Assembly (NCBI RefSeq): GCF_009914755.1
Contig: NC_060948.1
Source: the human T2T-CHM13v2.0 reference genome, Homo sapiens
Strand: one strand, 5' to 3'
Length of the DNA: 64,000 nt
In this document: positions 13,701 to 32,137 of the stretch, piece by piece
Layout: the number at the start of each line of letters is the position of its first letter
How positions within the stretch are numbered: position 1 is the first letter of the stretch
Made by a program: the position numbers and the translations under genes
Notes under the pieces: generated by a model
Told to the model about the DNA's origin: nothing
Database searches by the model: none
The model's input: only the letters and a program-made list of their open reading frames with translations

Positions 13701-16700
13701 TATCTCTGCACTGATCACATAGGTGATGTAACTTTTTCTAGGCTCTGCCTACAGGGGCGTTTTGACATATCTCTGAAGTGATCACCGAGGTTATGTAACT
13801 CTTGTCTAGGCTTTGCCTACAGGGGGCATTGTAATATATCTCTGCACTGATCACCCAGGTGGTGCAACTCTTCTCTAGGCTCTTCTTACAGGGGGCATTG
13901 TGACATATCTCTGCACTGATCACGCAGGTGACTTAACTCTTCTCTAGGCTCTGCCTACAAGGTGCTTCGTGACATCACTCTGTATTGATCATCAAGGTGA
14001 TGTAACTTTTGTCTAGGCTCTGCCTAAGGGGGCATTGTGACATACCTCTGCACTGATCACTGAGGTGATGTGAACCCTGTCTAAGCTCTCCCTATGGGTG
14101 CATTGTGAGATATCTCTGCACTGATTCCCCAGATGATGCAACTCCTTTCTAGGCTTTGCCTAAAGGGGGATTTGTCACATCTCTATAGTGATCACCCAGG
14201 TGATGTAACCCATTTCTAGGCTCTGCCTACAGGGGAATTGTGACATATCACTGCACTGATCACCCAGGTGATGTAACTCTTCTTTAGGGTGTACTTTCAG
14301 GGGGCTTTGTGACGTACCTCTGCACTGATCAACTAGGCGATATAACTCTTTTCTAGGCTTTGCCCTGAGGGGGCATTGTTACATATCTCCATACTGATCA
14401 CCCAGGTAATGCAACTCTTTTCTACTCTCTGCCTACAGCGGCATTGTGACTTATCACTACACTGATAACACAGGTGATGGGACTCTTCCCTACACTCTGC
14501 CTACAGGGGTCTTCATGACATATCTCTGCACTGATAACTCAGGTGATGGGACTTTTCTCTATACTCTGCCTAAAGGGGGATTTGTGACATTTCTGCACCG
14601 ATAACCCAGGTGATGGAAGTCTTGTCTAGGCTCTGTCTACAGGGATTTTTGTGACATATCACTGCACTGATCACCTAGATGATGTAACTCTCATCTAGGC
14701 TCTGCCTACAGAGGCATTTTGATGTATCACTTCACTGATCACCCAGGTGATATAACTCTTGTCTAGCCTCCGCCTACGGGGGTATTGTGACATATCTCTG
14801 CACTGATCACCCAGGCAATGCAACTCTTCTCTAGGCTCTGCCTACAGGGGTCTTTGTGACATATCTCTGCACTGATCACCCAGGTGATGGAAGTCTTGTT
14901 TAGGCTCTGTCTATGGGGTCATTGTGTCAAATATCTGCACTGATCACCCAGGTGATGTAACTCTTGTTTAGGCTCTGTCTGAAAGGATTTTTGTGACGTA
15001 TCACTGCACTGATCACTTAGATGATTTAATTCTTGTCTAGGCTCTGCCTACAGGGGCATTTTGATGTATCATTGTATTCATTACCCAGGTGATGTAACTC
15101 TTGTCTAGGCTCTGCCTATAGGGGGCATTGCGACATATCTCTGCACTGATCACCCAGCTGATGGAACACTTGTCAAGGCTCTGCCTACATGGGCATTGTG
15201 ACACATCTCTGAACTTATCAACCAAGCGATGTAACTCTTGTCTAGCCTCTGCCTACAGGGGTTTTGTGACATATCTCTGCACTGATCACCCAGCTGATGG
15301 AACTTTTGTCTAGGCTCTGCCTACGGGGGCATTGTGACATATCTCTACACTGACCACCCAGGTGATATAACTCTTGTGTTGGATCTGCCTATGGGGACAT
15401 TGCGACATATTTCTGCACTGATCACCCAGGTGATGGGACTCTTTTCCAGGCTCTGTGTATGGGGGCTTTGTGACATATCTCTGCACTGATCACCTACGTG
15501 ATGAAACCTTTGACTAGGCTCTGCCTACTGGGGCATAGTGACATATCACAGCATTGATCACTCAGATGATGTAACTATTGTCTAGGTTCTGCTTAAAGGG
15601 GCCTTGTCACATATCTCTGCACTGCTCATCCAGCTGATGAAACATTTGTCTAGGCTCTGCCTACATAGGCATTGTGACACATCTCTGAATTGATAAACCA
15701 AATGATGTAACTCTTGTCTAGGCTCTACCTACAGGGGCTTTGTGACATATCTCTGTACTGATCAGCCATGTGATGGGACTTTTGTCTAGGCTCTGCCTAC
15801 GGGGGCATTTTGACATATCTCTACACTGATAATCGAGGTGATTTAACTCTTGTGTTGGATCTGCCTAGGGGGCATTGTGACATATTTCTGCACTGATCAC
15901 CCTGGTGATGGGACTCTTGTCTAGGCTCTGTGTATGGGGGCTTTGTGACATATCTCTGCACTGATGACCCAGGTGATGTAATGCTTGACTAGGCTCTGCC
16001 TACTGGCGCATAGTGACATATCACTGCATTGATCACCGAGGTGATGTAACTGTTGTCCAGGCTCTGCCTATAGGGGGCCTTGTGACATACCTCTGCACTG
16101 ATCATCTAGGTGATGTAACTCTTGCTTATGCTCTGCCTGCAGGGGCATTGTGAAATATCTCTTTACTGAACCACCAGGTGATGTAAATCTTGTCTAGGCT
16201 CTGCCTACAGAGGGCATTGTGGCATAACTCAGCACTGATCACCTAGGTGATGGGACTCTTCTCTAGGCTCTGCCTACAGCGGTCATTGTCACATATTTCT
16301 GCACTGATCATCTAGGTGACGGACTCCTGTCTTGGATGTGCCTATGGGGGCATTGTGACATATCTCTGCACTGCTCACCCAGGTGATGTAACTCTGGTGT
16401 AAGCTCTGCCTAAAGGGGCACCGTGACAGATCTCTGCACTGATCACTCAGGTGATGTAACCATTGTCTAGGCTCTGCTTAAAGGGGCCTTGTCACATATC
16501 TCTGCACTGATCACCCAGGTGATATAACTCTTGTCTAGGCTCTGCTTACAGGGGGTATTTTGGCATATCTCTGCACTGGTCACCTAACTGATGTAACACT
16601 TGAGTAGGCTCTGCCTGCAGTGGCATTTTGACATACCTCTGCCCTGATAAGCAAGGTGATTTAACCCTTGTCTACGCTGTTCCCACAGGGGGATTGAGAC

Positions 16701-19700
16701 GTATCTCTGCACTGATCCCGAGGTGATCCAACTCTTTTCTGGGCTCTGCCTACTGGGGACATTGTGACATATCTCTGCACTGATCTCCCTGGTGATGTAA
16801 CATTTGTCTGGGCTCTGGCTACACGGCATTGTGACATATCACTGCACTTATCACCCAGGTGATATAACTCTTGTCTAGGCTCTGCCTACAGGAGGCTTGT
16901 GACATACCTCTGCACTGCTCACCCAGGTGATGTAACTCTTGTCTAGGATCTGCCTACAGGGTGCTTTGTGACATATCCCTGCAATGATCACCCAGATGAT
17001 GTACCACTTGTCAAGGCTCTGCCTACAGGGGCATTGCGATGTATCTGCACTGATCACCTAAGTCATGTAACTCTTATCTAGGCTCTGCCAACAGTGGCAT
17101 TGTGACATATCTCTGCACTGATCACCCCGTGGAGAGAATTCTTGTCTAGGCTCTGCCTACAGGGGCCTTTGTGAGAGATCTCTGCACTGATCACCTAGGT
17201 GATATAAAACTTATAAGCTCTGCCTACAGGGAATTTTGACAAATCTCTGTACTGATCACCTAGGTGATGTAACTCTTGTCTACCCTCTGCCTACAGGGGG
17301 CATTGTGAAATATCTCTGCACTGATAACCCAAGTGATGCAACTCTTGTCTAGGATCTGCCTACAGGGGGTATTGTGAAATATCTCTGCACCGATCAACTA
17401 GGTGATGTAACTCTTTTCTAGGCTCTGCCTACAGGGGCGTTTTGACATATCTCTGAACTGATGAGAAAGGTGATGTAACTCTTGCCTAGGCTTTGCCTAC
17501 AGGGGACATTGTGACATATCTCTGCACGGATCACCCAGGTGATGTAACTCTTTTCTAGTCTATGCCTACGGACGGTGTTGTGACATCACTCTGCACATAT
17601 CACCCGGGTTATGTAACTCTTGTCTGGGCTCTGCTTATGGGAGCATTGTGACTTATCTCTGCACTGATCACCCAGGTGATGTAACTCTTGTCTAAGCTCT
17701 GCCTACAGGGGCATTGGGACATATCTCTACACTGATCACTGAGGTGATGTAACACTTGTCTAGGTTTTGCCTACAGTAGGATTTATGACATATCTCTGCA
17801 CTGATCTCCCAGTTGATGTAATTCTTGCCTAAGCTCTGCTTACAGGGGTATTGTGAGATCTCTGCACTGATCACCCAGGTGATATAATTCTTGTCTAGGC
17901 TCTGCGAACAGGGGCATTTTAACTTATCACTGCACTGATCATCGAGGTGATGCAACTCTTGTCTGGGATCTGCCTACGGGTGGCATTGTGACATATCTCT
18001 GACCTGATCACCCAGGTGATGTAACTCTTGTCTAGGCTCTGCCTGCTGGAGACATTGTGACTTATCTCTGCACTGATCACCCAGGTGATGTATCTCTTGT
18101 CTAGGCTCTGGCCACAGGGACATAGTGACATATATCTGCACTGATCACACAGGTAATGTAACTCTTCCCTAGTCTTTGCCTACAGAGGGCGTTGTGACAT
18201 ATCTCTGCACTGATCTCTCAGGTGAGGTTACTCTTGTCTAGTCTCTGCCTACAGAGGGCGTTGTGACATCACTCTGCAATGATCACCCAGGTGATGTAAC
18301 CATTGTCTGGGCTCTACCTACATGGACATTGTAACATGTCTCTGCACTGATCACCCAGGTGATGTAAATTTTGTCTAGGCTCTGCTCACAGGGGCATTTT
18401 GACATATCTCTGCACTGATCACCGAGATGATGTAACTCTTCTCTGGGCTTTGCCGACAGGACTAATTGAGACATATCTCTACACTGATCACCGAGGTGAT
18501 GCAACTCTTGTCTAGGCATTGCTTACAGGGTGCATTGTAACATATCTCTGCACTGATCACCCAGGTGATGCAACTCTTCTCTAGGTTTTGCCTACAGAGT
18601 GCATTGTGACATATCTCTGCAGTGATCTCCCCGGTGATGTAACCTTTGCCTAGGCTCTGGCCACGCGTCATTGTGACATATCACTGCACTGATCACCCAT
18701 GTGATATAACTCTTGTCTAGGCTCTGCCTATAGTGGCATTGTGACATATCTCTGCACTGATCACCCATGTGATATAACTCTTGTCTGGGCTCTGCCTACA
18801 GTGGCATTGTGACATATCTCTGCACTGATCACCCAGGTGATATAACTATTGTCTAGGATCTGCCTACAGGCTGCTTTGTGACATATCCCTGCAATGATCA
18901 TCCAGGTGATGTACCATTTGTCAAGGCTCTCCTTAAAGGGGCATTGCGATGTATCTCTGCACTGATCACCTAGGTCATGTGACTCTTGTCTAGGCTCTGC
19001 CTGCAGTGGCATTGTGACATATCTCTGCACTGATCACCCAGGTGATATAACTCTTGTCTGGGATCTGCCTAAATGGACTTTGTGACAGAACCCTGCACTG
19101 ATCATCCAGGTGATGGGGTTTTTGTCTAGGCTCTTCCTACGGGGGCATTCTGACTTATTTCTGCACTGATCACCCAGGTGACGGACTCTTGTCTTGCATC
19201 TGCCTATGGGGGCATTGTGACATATCTCAGCACTGATCACCCAGGTGGTGTAACTGTTGTATAAGCTCTACCTACAGGGGAATTGTGAGAGATGTCTTTA
19301 CTCATCCCCCAAGTAATGTAACTATTGCCTAGGCTTAGCCTACAGGGGGCTTTGTGACATAACTTTGCACTCACCACCCAGGTGATGTAACTCATTTAAG
19401 CTCTGCCTACAGGGGCTTTGTGACATATCTCTGCACTTATCACTCCTGGAGAGAGAATTCTTGGCTAGGCTCTGCCCACAGGGAGCTTTGTGACATATAT
19501 CTCTGCACTGATCACGTAGGTGATGTAACACTTTTATAAGCTCTGCCTACAGGGAATTTTGACAAATCTCTGCACTGATCACCTAGGTCATTTAACAGTT
19601 CTCTACGCGCTGCCTACAGGGGGCAATGTGAAAAATCTCTGCACTGATCACCCCGGTGATGCAAGTCTTGTCTAGGATCTGCCTACAGTGGGTATTGTGA

Positions 19701-22700
19701 AATATCTCAGCACTGATCACCTAGGTGATGTAACTTTTTTCTACCCTCTGCCTACAGGGGGCAATGTGAAAAATCTCTGCACTGATCACCCAGGTGATGC
19801 AAGTCTTGTCTAGGATCTGCCTAAAGGGGCATTTTAACATATCTCTGAACTGATGGCAAAGGTGATGTAACTCTTGCCTAGGCTCTGCCTACAGGGGACA
19901 TCGTGACATATCTCTGCACTGATCACCCAGGTGATGTAACTCCTGTCTAGGCTCTGCCTACAGGGGCATTTTAATATATCACTGCACTGATCACCGAGGT
20001 GATGCAACTCTTGTCTGGGATCTGCCCACAGGGGGCATTGTGACATATCTCTGACGTGATCACCCAGGTGATGTAACTCTTGTCTAGGCTCTGCCTACTG
20101 GAGACATTGTGATAGACATTGTGACTTATCTCTGCACTGATCACCCAGGTGATGGAACTCTTGTCTAGGCTCTGGCAACAGGGACATAGTGACATATATC
20201 TGCACTGATCACACAGGTGATGTAACTCTTTTCTAGTCTTTGACTACAGAGGGCGTTGTGACATATCTCTGCACTGATCTCTCAGGTGAGGTAACTCTTG
20301 TCTAGTATCTGCCTACAGAGGGCGTTGTGACATCACTCTGCAATGATCACCCAGGTGATGTAACCCTTGTCTAGGCTCTGCCTACATGGACATTGTGACA
20401 TGTCTCTGCACTGATCACCCAGGTGATGTAAATTTTGTCTGGGCTCTGCCCACAGGTGCATTTTGACATATCTCTGCACTGGTCACGGAGAAGATGTAAC
20501 TCTTCTCTGGGCTTTGCCGACAGGAGGCATTGAGACATATCTCTGCACTGATCACCGAGATGATGCAACTCTAGTCTGGGCTCTGCCTACAGGGTGCTTG
20601 TGACCTATCTGCCCTGATCACCCAGGTGATATAACTCTTGTCTAGGCTCTGCCTCAAGGGGGTATTGTGACATATCTCTGCACTGATCACCCAGGTAATG
20701 CAACTCTTCTCTAGGCTCTGCCTACAAGGTCCTTTGTGACATCACTATGTATTGATCATCCCGGTGATGTAACTTTTGTCTCAGCTCTGCCTACAGGGGC
20801 TTCGTGACATATCTCTGCACTGATCACCCAGGTGATGGGACTTTTGTCTAGGCTCTGCCTATGGGGGCATTGTGACATATCTCTACACTGATCACCCAGG
20901 TGATGTAACTCTTATGTTGGGTCTGCCTATGGGGGCATTGCAACATATTTCCGCACTGATCACCCTGGTGATGGGACTCTTGCTTACGCTCTGCCTGCAG
21001 TTGCATTTTGAAATATATCTTTACTGATCAACCAGGTGATGTAACCCTTGTCTGGGATCTGCCTACAGGGTGCTTTGTGACATATCCCTACAATGGTCAC
21101 CCAGGTGATATACCACTTGTCAAGGCTCTGCCTAAAGGGGCTTTGCTGTGTATCTCTTCACTGATCACCTAGGTCATGAAACTCTTGTCTAGGCTCTGCT
21201 TACAGGGGGTATTTTGACATATCTCTGCACTGATCACCTAAGTGATGTAACACTTGAGTAGGCTCTGCCTACACTGGCATTTTGACATACTCTGCCCTGA
21301 TAAGCAAGGTGATTTAACTCTTGTCTACGCTGTTCCCACATGGGGATTGAGACGTATCTCTGCACTGATCCCGAGGTGATCCAACTCTTTTCTGGGCTCT
21401 GCCTACTGGGGACATTGTGACATATCTCTGCACTGATCTCCCAGGTGATGAAACTTTTGTCTAGGCTCTGGCTACACGGCATTGTGACATATCACTGCAC
21501 TTATCACCCAGGTGATATAACTCTTGTCTAGGCTCTGCCTACAGGGACCTTGTGACATATCTCTGCACTGCTCACCCAGGTGATGTACCATCTGTCAAGG
21601 CTCTGCCTACAGAGGCATTGCGATGTATCTCTGCACTGATCACCTAGGTCATGTAACTCTTGTCTAGACTCTGCCTACACTGGCATTGTGACATATCCCT
21701 GCACTGATCACCCAGGTTATGTAACTCTTGTCTAGGATCTGCCTACAGGGTGCTTTGTGACATATGCCTGCAATTATCACCCAGGTGATGTACCACTTGT
21801 CAAGGCTCTGCCTACAGGAGCATTGTTATGTATCTCTGCACTGATCACCTGGGTCATGTAACTCTTGCCTAGGCTCTGCCTACAGTGGCATTGCGACATA
21901 TCTCTGCTCTGATCACCCAACTGATTTAACTCTTGTCTAGGATCTGCCTAAAGGGTCTTTGTGACGTAACTCTGCCCTCATCATCCAGGTGATGGGGCTT
22001 TTGTCTAGGCTCTGCCTACGGGGGCATTGTGACGTATTTCTGCTCTGATCACCCAGGTGACGGACTCTTGTCTTGCATCTGCCTATGGGGGCATTATGAC
22101 ATATCTCTGCACTGATCACCGAGGTGATGTAACTGTTGTATAAGCTCTGCCTACTTGTGAGTTGTGAGAGATCTCTCCACTGATCGCCCAAGTGATTTAA
22201 CTATTGTCTTGGCTTTTCCTACACGGGGCTTTGTGACATATCTGTTCACTGATCACCCAGGTGATGTAACTCATCTAAGCTCTGCCTACAGGGGCCTTGT
22301 GATATATCTCTGCACTGATCACTCCCGGGGTGGGAATTCTCGTCTAGGCTCTGCCTACAGGGGGCTTTGTGACATATCTCTGCACTGATCACCTAGGTGA
22401 TGTAACAGTTTTATAAGCTCTGCCTACAGGGAATTTTGACAAATCTCTGCACTGATCACCTAGGTGATGTAACTCTTGTTTAGGCTCTGCCTACAGGGGG
22501 CATTTTGATATATCTCTGCACTGATCACCCAGGTGATGCAACTCTTCTCTAGGAACTGCCTAAAGGGGGTATTGTGAAATATCTCTGCACTGATCAACTA
22601 GGTGATGTAACTCTTGTCTAGGCTCTACCTACAGAGGCATTTTGATGTATCTCTGAACTGACGAGAAAGGTGATGTAACTCTTGCCTAGGCTTTGCCACA

Positions 22701-25300
22701 GGGGACTTTGTGACATATCTCTGCACTGATCACCCAGGTGATGTAACTCTTCTCTGGGCTCTGCCTACAGGGGACTTTGTGACATATCTCTGCACTGATC
22801 AACTAGGTGATGTAACTCTTGTCCAGGCTCTGCCTATGGGGGCATTGTGACGTATCTCTGCAATGATCAATCCGGAGATGTGACATTTGTCTAAGCTCTG
22901 ACTACATGGGTCCTGGGACACTTCTCTGCACTGATCACTGAGGTTATTTAAAACTTGTCTAGGCTTTGCCTACAGTGGGATTTTTGACATATCTCTGCAC
23001 TGATCTCCCAGTTGATGTAACTCTTGTCTAGACTTTGCCTACAGGGGGTATTTTGAGGTATCTCTGCACTGATCACCGAGGTGATGTAACTCATGTCTAC
23101 GCTCTGCCTACTGGAGACATCGTGACATATCTCTGCATTGATCACCCAGATGTTGTAACTCTTTTCTATGCGTGGCCACAGGAACATAGTGACATATATC
23201 TGCGCTGATCACATATGTGATGTAACTCTTGACTATTGTTTGCCTACAGAGTGCGTTGTGACACATCTCCGCACTGATCTCTCAGGTGAGGTAACTCTTG
23301 TCTAGTATCTACCTACAGAGGGCATTGTGACATCACTCTGCAATGATCACCCAGGTGATGTAACACTTGTCTAGACTCTGCTTACATGGACATTGTGACT
23401 TGTCTGAGCACTGATCACCCAGGTGATGTAAATTTTTTCTAGGCTCTGCTCACAGGGGCATTTTGACATATCTCTGCACTGATCAACGAGATGATGTAAC
23501 TCTTGTCTGGGCTTTGCCTACAGGAGGCATTGAGACATACCTCTGCACTGATCACCGAGGTGATGCAACTCTTGTCTGGGCTCTGCCTACAGGGACATTG
23601 TGACATATCTCTGCTCTGATCACCCAGGTGATGTAACTCTTGTCTGGGCTCTGCCTACAGGGGTTATTGTGACATATCTTTGCACTGATCACTCAGGTGA
23701 TGGGACTATTTTCTATACTCTGCCTAGAGGTGGATTCGTGACATAGTCTCTGCACTGATAACCCAGGTGATGGAATTCTTGTCTAGGTTCTGTCTATGGG
23801 GGCATTGTGTGAAATATCTGCACTGATCACTCAGGTGATGTAACTCTTGTCTAGGCTCTGTCCACAGGGATTTTTGTGACATATCACTGCACTGATCACA
23901 TAGATGATGTAACTCTTGTCTAGGCTCTGCCTACAGAGGAATTTTGATGTAACACTGCACTGATCACCCAGGTGATGTAACTTTTGTCTAGGCTCTGCCT
24001 ATAGGGGGCATTGTGACATATCTCTGCACTGATCACTCAGGTGATGTAACTCTTGTCTAGGCTCTGCCTACAGGGGGTATTGTGACATATCTCTGCACTG
24101 ATCACCTAAGTGATGTAACACTTGTGTAGGCTCTGCCTACAGGAACATTTTGAGATATATCTGCACTGTTAACCGAGGTGATGTAACTCTTGTCTAGGCT
24201 GTCCCCACAGGGGGATTGAGACATATCTCTGTACTGATCCCGAGGTGATCCAACTCTTGTCTGGGCTCTGCCTACTGGGGATATTGTGACATATCTCTGC
24301 ACTGATCTCCCAGGTGATGAAATTTTGTCTAGGTTCTCGCTACATGGCACTGTGACATATCTCTGCCCTGATCACCCGAGTGATGTAACTCTTGTCTAGG
24401 ATCTGCCTACAGGGTGCTTTTTGATATATCCCTGCAATGGTCACCCAGGTGATATACCACTTGTCAAGGCTCTGCCTACAGGGGCATTGCGATGTATCTC
24501 TGCACTGATCACCTAGGTCATGTAACTCTTGTCTAGGCTCTGCCTACAGTGGCATTGTGACATATCTCTGCCCTGATCAACCAGGTGATGTAACACTTGT
24601 CTAGGATCTGCCTAAAGGGACTTTGTGACATAACTCTGCACTGATTATCCAGGTGATGTGGCTTTTTTCTAGGCTCTGCCTATGGGGACATTGTGACGTG
24701 TTTCTGCCCTGAGCACCCAGGTGATGGACTCTTGTCTTGCGTCTGCCTATGGGGGCTTTGTGACATATCTCTGCACTGATCACCCAGGTGATGTAACTGT
24801 TGTATAAGCTCTGCCTACAGGGGAATTGTGAGAGATCTGTCCACTGATCACCCAACTGATGTAACTATTGTCTAGGCTTTGCCTACAGTGGGCTTTGTGA
24901 CATATCTTTACACGGATCACCCAGGTGATGTAACTCATCTAAGCTCTGCCTACAGGTGCCTATGACATATCTCTGCACTGATCACCTGGGTGATGTAACA
25001 CTTTTATAATCTCTACCTACAGGGAATTTTGACAAATCTCTGCCCGGATCATCTAGGTGATGTAACTCTTGTCTACCCTCTGCCTACAGGGGGCATTGTG
25101 AAATATGTCTGCACTGATCACCCAGGTGAGGCAACTCTTGTCTAGGATTTGCCTACAGTGGGTATTGTGAAATATCTCTGCAATGATCACCTAGCTGATG
25201 TAACACTTGTCTACCCTCTGCCTACAGGAGGCATTGTGAAATATCTCTGCACTGATCACACAGGTGATGCAACTCTTGTCTAGGATCTGCCTACAGGGCA
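10789..25300. repeat. Beta satellite (68-bp Sau3A/BSR) array, ~210 monomers
   Basis: Tandem ~68-bp unit GATCACCCAGGTGATGTAACTCTTGTCTAGGCTCTGCCTACAGGGGGCATTGTGACATATCTCTGCACT, single orientation throughout. Confidence 0.97.
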
Positions 25301-25306
25301 GATTAA

Positions 25307-28906
<3,600 letters not shown>

Positions 28907-30328
28907 AGAAACTGTGTGAACAAGGAATTCTTTGTCACATCTGTGCTTTGGTCAGTAATAGACCAGCAAGCAATTCATCCAGTCATCGTGGGCGTGGCTC
29001 CAGGAGGACTTCCTGCGTCCATGGAAGGGATCATCCCTGGAGGCATCCCAGTGACTCACAACCTCCCGACAGTGGCACATACTTCCCAAGCGCCCTCTCC
29101 CAACCAGCCCACAATCACGGGGACAATCGAGAGCAACCCAACGAGAAATAGTAGTGAATGCCGGAAGGTAATCATTTTGATACACTTGGGAACAAGGACA
29201 GTGAAAAATAGATGAACTAAGAGAAAAAGAATCTGACGCTCTTTTTAGCTGATTCTGGACATATGCATTATTGATGTTGCAGTGTTAAAACTACAAGCGT
29301 TAGAAAGTTGAAGATGTTGTCTGTTTACGGAAGCTCTGAAAGACTAGGGTGTGATTTATTAACGACCAGCTTCCGTTATTGTGTGTTAAGTTTTTCATCT
29401 GTGCGTCAAATCACAAAGAATAAATAGAACTTTTTCCTTTATCAGTCCCTTGGGCACAGCAGGTCAGGAACACCCTGCTCAGAATGTTGCATCAGGACTT
29501 CAAACATCAAAATAAAAACCATGAGGAGGAAATCCCCATCTTGTCACTTGAGTCCCTTCAGTCTACAGGGACTGGTTACAGCTTTTTGCTAATAGGAAGA
29601 TCACATTATTAGAAAATGTGGAGTAAACTATTTGCCTGTGGTAGACACCTGCACGCATAGGATTGAAGACAGTACCGGCTCCTGTACAGAGAAGCGTCTC
29701 TCACATCTGAACTGCATGCTGAGTGGGCAAGTTGGTTGTAAGTTCAGAAAAAGCCTCCGATAATGCAAAAAAAAAAAAAACAGTATTAAGTTTCACAAGC
29801 TGTTTGTAATCAAAAATATTTTCTCAGTTTCAGATGCTCTGCTATTTTATTGAGTGGAAAGTCTTGCACTAAAAAGACTCAAGAAAAATAATGTTGCTTT
29901 TTCTGTCACAAGAAACACTTTTAGTGGTAACTTGTCAGATTGTCTATGAACAAATCCACTTTTTAAGACACTGATAAAGTCTTCTTTTCTTCACGTTGTA
30001 TTTTATACAAGAACACTTCAGATGTATTGGATGTGACTGATTTTAACAAATCCTATTTGATTTGCATCGATTAGTTACATGTTCTGTTCATAGTCTTTTG
30101 TGAATCATTGCCTTTTTGTTTAAAAAATGGCCTATTTTGATCGTTTGGTTAGGTACCTTCCTGTTTTTGTGACAAAAGAAAAACTTTAAAATTGTCACAA
30201 ACAGAAAAATAATGGCTATCAGAAGTATCCTTTGTTTTAGTGCGAGTTAACGTTACTGTAGTTGTTTATTGTAAAGATGGACATTTAGCATTCAGTGCAG
30301 TTTTCAATAAAATGTAATTAGAAAAAAA
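28907..30328 (+). pseudogene. CTBP2P1: CTBP2 processed pseudogene fragment (C-terminal CDS plus 3' UTR); probably CTBP2P1
   Basis: 28907-29151 translates (1-bp frameshift near 29115) as RNCVNKEFFVTSVLWSVIDQQAIHP..IVGVAPGGLPASMEGIIPGGIPVTHNLPTVAHTSQAPSPNQPT/HGDNREQPNEK*, matching the CtBP2 C-terminus; followed by ~1.15 kb UTR-like sequence, AATAAA at 30306-30311 and an A-remnant at ~30322-30328. Family call is strong; the P1 copy number is recalled, not verified. Confidence 0.85.
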
Positions 30329-30329
30329 C

Positions 30330-31170
30330 TACGTAATTAACAAAAACAGAGCATAGACAACAAAATAATATTAGAAGTGATACATAAAGAAAATGAGATA
30401 TCAATAAAAAGATTTTTAAAAACCAACAAAAACTGTGAATCTGAACAACACAATAACTAGTTGATGATACTGTAGTTATAAATACTGAGTCATGAAAACA
30501 AATTATTTAAACAGAATAGAGAAAAAAATATGGGACGTACTGCACACCATCAAGTAGACCATTGTATTTATAAATGGAGTCTTAGAAAAAAAATACAGCA
30601 GAAAAGTAATAAAGAGATTATTTTTAAAAAGTAGCTGAGAAATCCCCAGATGACAAGGTAATTAAACAAGAAGATATACTGCCAAACAAAAACCTTCAAC
30701 TGGAATAATTTCACTTCAGAAATAAAAAAAAAAAAATAAGCCTTTCCAGAATAAATAAAAGTTGAGTGTGTTACTAACCACTAGATCAGTCGTAAAGGAA
30801 ATGTAAAAGAAAGTCTATCAAGTACAAAAATGAAATGATGCTGCACAGCATCATAACAGCATATGAAAATAGAAAGTGCTATATTAAAGGTAAATATATA
30901 AACAGGTATAGAAATCTCTATTGTCATAATGATGGTGCACAAAATTTTCAAAATATTGCTATGGAGTTTAAAAAATGAAGCATAAATCTGCATAAATGTG
31001 TGTTCATAGTTACTCAATAAGAAAAGATAATATGTGATATTAATAACACAGTGGGGGTATGAAAAGGTACAACTTTGCATTCAGTTGAAATATGGTTGTT
31101 ATATATTATCATAACTGTAAGATGATTTATGAAGTCTTTATTTCTCAAGATGATTACCAAAAATACCTGT
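30330..31170 (+). mobile_element. Old L1 fragment (ORF1 3' part / inter-ORF, L1M-like)
   Basis: A-rich; segment at ~30740-30830 resembles the end of L1 ORF1 (..ACCACTAGA..AAGGAAATG..AAAGAAGTC). Confidence 0.5.
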
Positions 31171-31173
31171 AGA

Positions 31174-31509
31174 CCTCTGGTCGTCCTCCCACTGCTACAT
31201 TCCCACTAGCGCCACCACAGTTTACAGATGCCATGGCAATATCAGAAATTTACCCTACATGGTCTTAAAAAAAAAAAGGAGGCATAAATAATCCACCCCT
31301 TGTTTAACATATTATCTAGAAATAACCATAAGAATGGGTAACCAGCAGCCCTCGGGCTGCTCTGTCTATAGAGTAGCCATTCTTTTATTCTTCTACTTTC
31401 TTAATAAACTTGCTATCACTTTACTCTATGGACTCGCCCTGAATTCTTTCTTGCACCAGATCCAATAACCCTCTCTTGGAGTCTAGATCAGGACACCTTT
31501 CCTATAACA
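31174..31509 (+). mobile_element. MER41A-like ERV1 LTR, 3' portion
   Basis: GCCATGGCAA..TTACCCTA..GGAGGCATAAATAATCCACCCCTTG..GAGTAGCCATTCTTTTATT..AATAAACTTGCT..ending CCTTTCCTATAACA. Confidence 0.8.
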
Positions 31510-31696
31510 GAAGGATGGGAAACAACTGGAACCTTCATCAACAGCTGGCAGATTGTAAACTGATACAGCCACTGCAAAATTTTTAGCAGTATCTCCTAAA
31601 ACTGTACACATGCTCTATAAAGCACTTGCACTCCCAGACAGAGATCAAATTAAAGTACACAGGTGTGCACCAAAAGGTAAGGACAAGAAAGTTCAG

Positions 31697-31980
31697 GGCC
31701 GGGAACAGTGGCTCATGCCTGCAATTCCAGCACTTTGGGAGGCCGAGGCAGGCAGATCACCTGAGGTCAGGAGTTCGAGACCAGCCCGACCAACATGGTA
31801 AAACCCCGTCTCTACTAAAAAAAAATTAGCCAGGCGTGGTGGTGGGCACCTGTAATCCCAGCTTCTTGGGAGGCCGAGGCAGGGAGAATTGCTTGAACCC
31901 AGGAGGTGGAGGTTGCAGTGAGCTGAGATTGTGCCATTGCACTCCAGCCTGGGTGACAAGAGCAAGACTCCATCTCCAAA
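31697..31980 (+). mobile_element. AluS (Sq/Sp-like)
   Basis: Full dimer; GCCATTGCAC and GACAAGAGC diagnostics; probable TSD AAGAAAGTT(C)AG at 31685 and ~32190. Confidence 0.9.
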
Positions 31981-32035
<55 letters not shown>

Positions 32036-32137
32036 GAAAGAAAAGAAAGAAAAGAAAGAAAGAAAAGAAAGAAAGAAAGAAAGAAAAGAAAGAAAGAAGG
32101 AAAGAAGGAAAGAAGGAAAGAAGGAAAGAAGGAAGGA

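Noticed and set aside
28916-29215. Functional CTBP2-derived microprotein
   Set aside because: Starts at GTG within a truncated retrocopy, has a deletion and a frameshift, and lacks the dehydrogenase domain.
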